64,000 nt of DNA, from contig CACHTH010000002.1 of assembly GCA_902582695.1 (NCBI GenBank), positions 26,483 through 90,482 of the forward strand. Reading direction: 5' to 3'. The stretch comes from an uncultured Candidatus Actinomarina sp. (lineage in GTDB: Bacteria; Actinomycetota; Acidimicrobiia; Actinomarinales; Actinomarinaceae). Below are positions 59,821-64,000 of the stretch, in pieces. The position numbers and the translations under genes were made by a program. The first letter of the stretch is position 1. Each line of letters begins with the position of its first letter. The notes beneath the pieces were generated by a model. The model did not search any database and was not told where the DNA came from. It saw only the letters and a program-made list of their open reading frames with translations.

Positions 59821-60229
59821 CGATAAAAACACACTGTACTTCTACACATACATTTAATGGTAAGCTAGCAACTCCTACAGCTGATCTTGTAGATTTTTCA
59901 CTAAAGTATTCTGAAAGTTTATCTGTGAATCCGTTAAGAACTTTAGCGTGATCTCCAAAACCTTCATTAGCATTTACAAAACCAATAACATTCACAGGCT
60001 GCAAGTTATCAATAGACCCGTGTTTTTTAATTGTTGCAATTGTAAGTTCAGCGCATAACTCTGCTGCTTTATAAGCTTCATCTATTGATATTTCAGTTGG
60101 CACCTTTCCTATATATTTCTTTTGTTCTGTAATAGGTACATGTCCAGATGTGTAGACATAGTTTCCAATTTTTTTATAGGTTACATAATTTCCAATTGCT
60201 TCCGGAGGGATTGGAAGGTTTTTATCCAT
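59813..60229 (-). CDS. RidA/YjgF-family protein
   Basis: YTSGHVP, GFVN, RSAVGVASLPLNVCVEV. Confidence 0.88.
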   Translation of the reverse strand: MDKNLPIPPEAIGNYVTYKKIGNYVYTSGHVPITEQKKYIGKVPTEISIDEAYKAAELCAELTIATIKKHGSIDNLQPVNVIGFVNANEGFGDHAKVLNGFTDKLSEYFSEKSTRSAVGVASLPLNVCVEVQCVFIDE

Positions 60230-61226
60230 TATTTAATAGATTTCCGATTAAATCTACAACCCTATTTGAGTAACCCCATTCGTTGTCGTACCAACATACA
60301 ACTTTGACATGATTTCCTTCTAATAATTGTGTAGAAGATGCATCATAAATACTTGAATGTGGATTATTTAAAATATCGGTAGATACAAGAGGAACTTCAG
60401 AGTACTCTAAAATACCTTTCAGCTCGTTATCTGCAGCTTGTTTTACAGCTTTATTTACATCATCTATAGATACAGATTTTTCTAACTCCACTACTAAATC
60501 AACAACACTTCCATCTGGCACTGGAACTCTCATCGCCATGCCGTCTAATTTACCATTCAATTCAGGTAAAACCATACCAACTGCTTTAGCTGCACCTGTT
60601 GAAGTAGGAATTATATTTTGGGTAGCACTTCTGCCTCTTCTAAAGTCACTATGTGTTGTTTCGGCCAGTGCCTGATCATTAGTATATGCATGAACGGTAG
60701 TCATAAGACCAGATTTGATTCCAAAATTATCATCCAGTACTTTAGCTATCGGTGCTAGACAGTTTGTAGTACATGAAGCGTTAGAGACGATTTTATCATC
60801 TGGCTTCAAGTCATCGTCATTTACACCTAAAACTATTGTTGCGTCAATTTCATCTTTGGGTGGTACAGTCAGCAATACTTTTTTTGCACCAGCATCTAAG
60901 TGTTTATTTAGGGATTCATTATCTCTAAAAATTCCAGTTGATTCAATTACAACATCCACATCTAATTCGTTCCATGGAAGCTCTGCAGGATCTTTTATTG
61001 AGGTAAGTTTAATAACTCTATCTCCAACTAAAAGATTGTCTCCATCAACTTGTACATCACTATCCAAAATGCCCATTACAGAATCATGTTTTAAAAGATA
61101 TGCAAGATTTTCATAATTACCGAGGTCATTAATTGCAACAACATTTATATCAGAATTATTTTCAACAATGATTCTTAATATAGAACGTCCAATTCTTCCA
61201 AAACCGTTTATGGCTACATTACCCAC
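60222..61226 (-). CDS. gap: Glyceraldehyde-3-phosphate dehydrogenase (type I)
   Basis: GFGRIGR, catalytic SNASCTTNCLAP, TTVHAYT, WYDNEWGY. Confidence 0.97.
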   Translation of the reverse strand: MGNVAINGFGRIGRSILRIIVENNSDINVVAINDLGNYENLAYLLKHDSVMGILDSDVQVDGDNLLVGDRVIKLTSIKDPAELPWNELDVDVVIESTGIFRDNESLNKHLDAGAKKVLLTVPPKDEIDATIVLGVNDDDLKPDDKIVSNASCTTNCLAPIAKVLDDNFGIKSGLMTTVHAYTNDQALAETTHSDFRRGRSATQNIIPTSTGAAKAVGMVLPELNGKLDGMAMRVPVPDGSVVDLVVELEKSVSIDDVNKAVKQAADNELKGILEYSEVPLVSTDILNNPHSSIYDASSTQLLEGNHVKVVCWYDNEWGYSNRVVDLIGNLLNNG

Positions 61227-62231
61227 TTATAACACCTGACCAAGCTTTTTCACTGTATCGACAATTCTAGCTGCATAACCCCAACCATTATCAAACCAAA
61301 TAATGAGTTTAATTTTTTTATTATTAATACCCATTGTTGCTAATCCGTCTACTAAACCAGAGAGCGTGCTTCTTACAACATCAGAAGAAACAATTGGATC
61401 ATATGTAAGTCCGATTATGTTTTTTAAATCAGAATTGGAAGCATCCTCAATTATTTTATTAATATCTTCAATACTTGTTTCGTTTTTGATATCAATTGTC
61501 AAGTCAACTGTACTTCCGTCAGGAATTGGTACGGTCATAGAAGAGGAAGCTATCTTTCCTTGAATGAATGGAAGAACATTTGATATAACTTCAGAAGACT
61601 TAGTAATACTTGGAATAATATTTTCACCAGCTGCTCTGTTAAGTCTGAAACCTTCACCTGCTACATCTGCTAAACGGTTTGAATTTGAATATCCATGAAC
61701 AGTTGTAAGAAATGCTCTTTCAACCCCAACTTTACTATCTAAAGCTTTAAGAATAGGTGCAACAGCATTTGCTGTATTGGAACCTAAGGAAAATACTGTA
61801 GAGTTTAAATCTATATCTTCATCGTTTGCACCAGGCACATATATTTGTATATCTTGAAAATTTTCTGGAGTTGAGGCAACGATAACTTTTTTACAACCTT
61901 TTGATAAATGTTTATCTACTTCTTCTTTAGTTTTTGGCTTACCAGTCGCAAGAACTACGATGTCAGTGTTTAGTTCATCCCAATTTGCTTCGTCACCATT
62001 TTTCCAAGAATTAAATAAGATTTCTTTACCATTAACAACAATACCAGTTTCAGATTCCTCAATTTCTGCATCTAGTTTTCCGTAAATTGAGTCGTACTTT
62101 AATAAATAAATTAAGTTAGCTTTATCAGCAGTGTCTGATATAGATACAATATTTATATCACTATCACCCAATGTCTGCCTAAATAGATCTCTACCTATTC
62201 TTCCAAAGCCAACTAAAGATACATTTGTCAT
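61227..62231 (-). CDS. GAPDH-like paralog lacking the catalytic cysteine
   Basis: GFGRIGR, LKYDSIYG, TTVHGYS, WFDNGWGY; active-site segment reads SLGSNTANAVAP. Confidence 0.85.
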   Translation of the reverse strand: MTNVSLVGFGRIGRDLFRQTLGDSDINIVSISDTADKANLIYLLKYDSIYGKLDAEIEESETGIVVNGKEILFNSWKNGDEANWDELNTDIVVLATGKPKTKEEVDKHLSKGCKKVIVASTPENFQDIQIYVPGANDEDIDLNSTVFSLGSNTANAVAPILKALDSKVGVERAFLTTVHGYSNSNRLADVAGEGFRLNRAAGENIIPSITKSSEVISNVLPFIQGKIASSSMTVPIPDGSTVDLTIDIKNETSIEDINKIIEDASNSDLKNIIGLTYDPIVSSDVVRSTLSGLVDGLATMGINNKKIKLIIWFDNGWGYAARIVDTVKKLGQVL

Positions 62232-62300
62232 TAACCCTCACAAGATTATTGATTAATTGTTGTTACAATCAACTAATAATATACCTTAAAACCATTATTT

Positions 62301-63422
62301 ATGACTGAATTAACAAGAAAAATTAATGATTCCATCTTTGGATCAGTTTCAACTGAAGAGCTGTTAGCTAATGCTTTTGAGAAGAAATTAAATTACTTTG
62401 GCAACAATATAACATATAGTCCTAAAGTTTTTATTCCACTAACAACAATGTGTAGAGATAATTGTGGATATTGTACATTTGTAAAATCTCCAAAAGAGGG
62501 TGGAACTTATTTAAATCAAGAAGAGGTTATCTCAATAGCAGAAGCTGGTGATGAAGCTGGTTGCTATGAAGCTTTGTTTACTTTAGGAGATAAGCCAGAG
62601 CTCAAATGGGATTTTGCTTTAACCCAACTTAAAGAGTTAGGCCATTCCTCAACTCATGATTATTTAACTAGTTCAATGAAGGTTGTAAATGAGAAATTTA
62701 ATCTTTTTCCTCACGCTAACCCTGGTTTAATGAGCAGACAAGAGATTAAAGATTTGAAAAACCACTCACCATCTGGTGGGGTTATGATTGAGTCATTTTC
62801 AAAAAATATATACGATAAGGGAAAAGCTCATTACAAAACAGATACTAAATATATTGATTTAAGGTTGGATACCCTTAACAATGCATTAGAAGAAAAATAT
62901 CCAGTCACAACTGGATTACTTCTTGGCTTAACCTCAACAAAAGAAGAAATTGTAAATGATATATCAAATTTAATTGATTATGTAAAAAAGAACTCTGCAA
63001 TTCAGGAAGTAATATTACAAAATTTCAGAGCAAAGAAAAATACATTAATGAGGAATAGTTCTGAAATAACAAATGATTTGTTCTTAAGAATCATCGCCAC
63101 AACTAGAATTTATGCCCCTTCACATATATCTCTTCAAGTTCCCCCAAATCTTTCACCCGATATAACAATATTTTTAAAAAGTGGCATTAATGATTTAGGT
63201 GGGATATCTCCATTAACTATTGATTGGGTAAATCCAGATCATTTATGGCCAAATATAAATAAATTAAAATTAGATATTTCAAGTACAGGTCAAGTCCTAA
63301 AAAAGAGGCTACCCGTTTATCCCGAATTTATAAAAAAAGAATGGTTAAATAGTAAAATTTTTGAAAAAGTTAATAATATTATTGATACAGATGGATATCC
63401 AAAAGAACACAATGAACAATAA
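62301..63422 (+). CDS. cofG: Fo (8-hydroxy-5-deazariboflavin) synthase subunit CofG, radical SAM
   Basis: TYSPKVFIPLT, CRDNCGYC, EALFTLGDKPE, PHANPG, QEVILQNFRAK, QVPPNL, DLGGISP. Confidence 0.9.
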   Translation: MTELTRKINDSIFGSVSTEELLANAFEKKLNYFGNNITYSPKVFIPLTTMCRDNCGYCTFVKSPKEGGTYLNQEEVISIAEAGDEAGCYEALFTLGDKPELKWDFALTQLKELGHSSTHDYLTSSMKVVNEKFNLFPHANPGLMSRQEIKDLKNHSPSGGVMIESFSKNIYDKGKAHYKTDTKYIDLRLDTLNNALEEKYPVTTGLLLGLTSTKEEIVNDISNLIDYVKKNSAIQEVILQNFRAKKNTLMRNSSEITNDLFLRIIATTRIYAPSHISLQVPPNLSPDITIFLKSGINDLGGISPLTIDWVNPDHLWPNINKLKLDISSTGQVLKKRLPVYPEFIKKEWLNSKIFEKVNNIIDTDGYPKEHNEQ

Positions 63423-64000
63423 CATTTCTTTTCTTCGAATCAGACCATGTGATAACGATAACGAAATATATTTAAATTCAAGAAAAAAAGAGGGAACTTC
63501 TACATTCTTAATAAAAAGTGATGTATCAGTAAATACAGATAATTTACATAACAAGGAATTTCAAACAGTATCAAAGGATATCACCATAAATTCAGACGTA
63601 TGGATGGTTACTGATGAAAACTGGAAGAAATTTAAATCTGTTCATCCAAAAAGATTGATTTATATTTTTAAAAATAATATTGAGACTGCACTAGAGATTA
63701 TTGATAGATTAAAGCCATACACTATTTTAATTTCTACTAATTCAGAACTACAATTCCTTAAATCTATCAACTCAAAAACAAGTTTTATAACATCGACATA
63801 CGTTGAAACAATTGAGGAAGCAATTGAATTTGCTAATGAAGGAGTTTCAGATTTACTCCTCAGGGACTGGAGTGCCGAACAGATATTGGAACTTCAAAAC
63901 CTAGAAGGTCTAAATTTCTATGAGCGAACTTTGCTTTCTCCCGTATTTTCTATTGATGAGGCAAGAGAAGAATTTGATAAAGAAAGATATTTTAGATTCT
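63412..64000 (+). CDS. Unknown protein, N-terminal part (runs off the right edge)
   Basis: Not in the ORF track. Open frame from ATG 63412 overlapping the cofG stop: MNNNISFLRIRPCDNDNEIY...EEAIEFANEGVSDLLLRDW... Confidence 0.7.
   Translation, partial: MNNNISFLRIRPCDNDNEIYLNSRKKEGTSTFLIKSDVSVNTDNLHNKEFQTVSKDITINSDVWMVTDENWKKFKSVHPKRLIYIFKNNIETALEIIDRLKPYTILISTNSELQFLKSINSKTSFITSTYVETIEEAIEFANEGVSDLLLRDWSAEQILELQNLEGLNFYERTLLSPVFSIDEAREEFDKERYFRF

Noticed and set aside
61227..62231. Calling the second gap copy a pseudogene or epd
   Set aside because: The ORF is full length with no frameshift, and Epd retains the catalytic Cys.

Overview
An AT-rich, very densely packed bacterial chromosome segment with frequent overlapping stop/start codons and many apparently leaderless genes. 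The gene content (F420/Fo genes, ino1, an rpmB-recG-rsmD-coaD-yceD-rpmF-plsX-rnc-fpg-smc block) points to a streamlined, low-GC actinobacterium; a marine Ca. Actinomarina/Acidimicrobiia type is my inference. It carries a maltodextrin uptake and utilisation cluster, a large acyl-CoA catabolic region, peptidoglycan genes, nucleoside salvage and translation genes. I found no rRNA, tRNA, CRISPR array, integrase or transposase. Main candidates: (1) a three-gene operon (unannotated 38-aa Cys/His peptide, unknown 173-aa protein, Rad52/Sak-like annealing protein) behind a promoter with the geometry of the actinobacterial PafBC/RecA-NDp DNA-damage promoter; (2) a thaumarchaeal-like 4-hydroxybutyryl-CoA dehydratase clustered with an LvaA/LvaC (ACAD10/11)-like kinase plus dehydrogenase pair, suggesting two routes for 4-hydroxyacyl-CoA; (3) a tandem GAPDH paralog lacking the catalytic Cys; (4) a domain-inverted photolyase with a probable Fe-S motif; (5) an SMC with no recognisable hinge. 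All family assignments come from reading motifs by eye and from remembered reference sequences, not from database searches.
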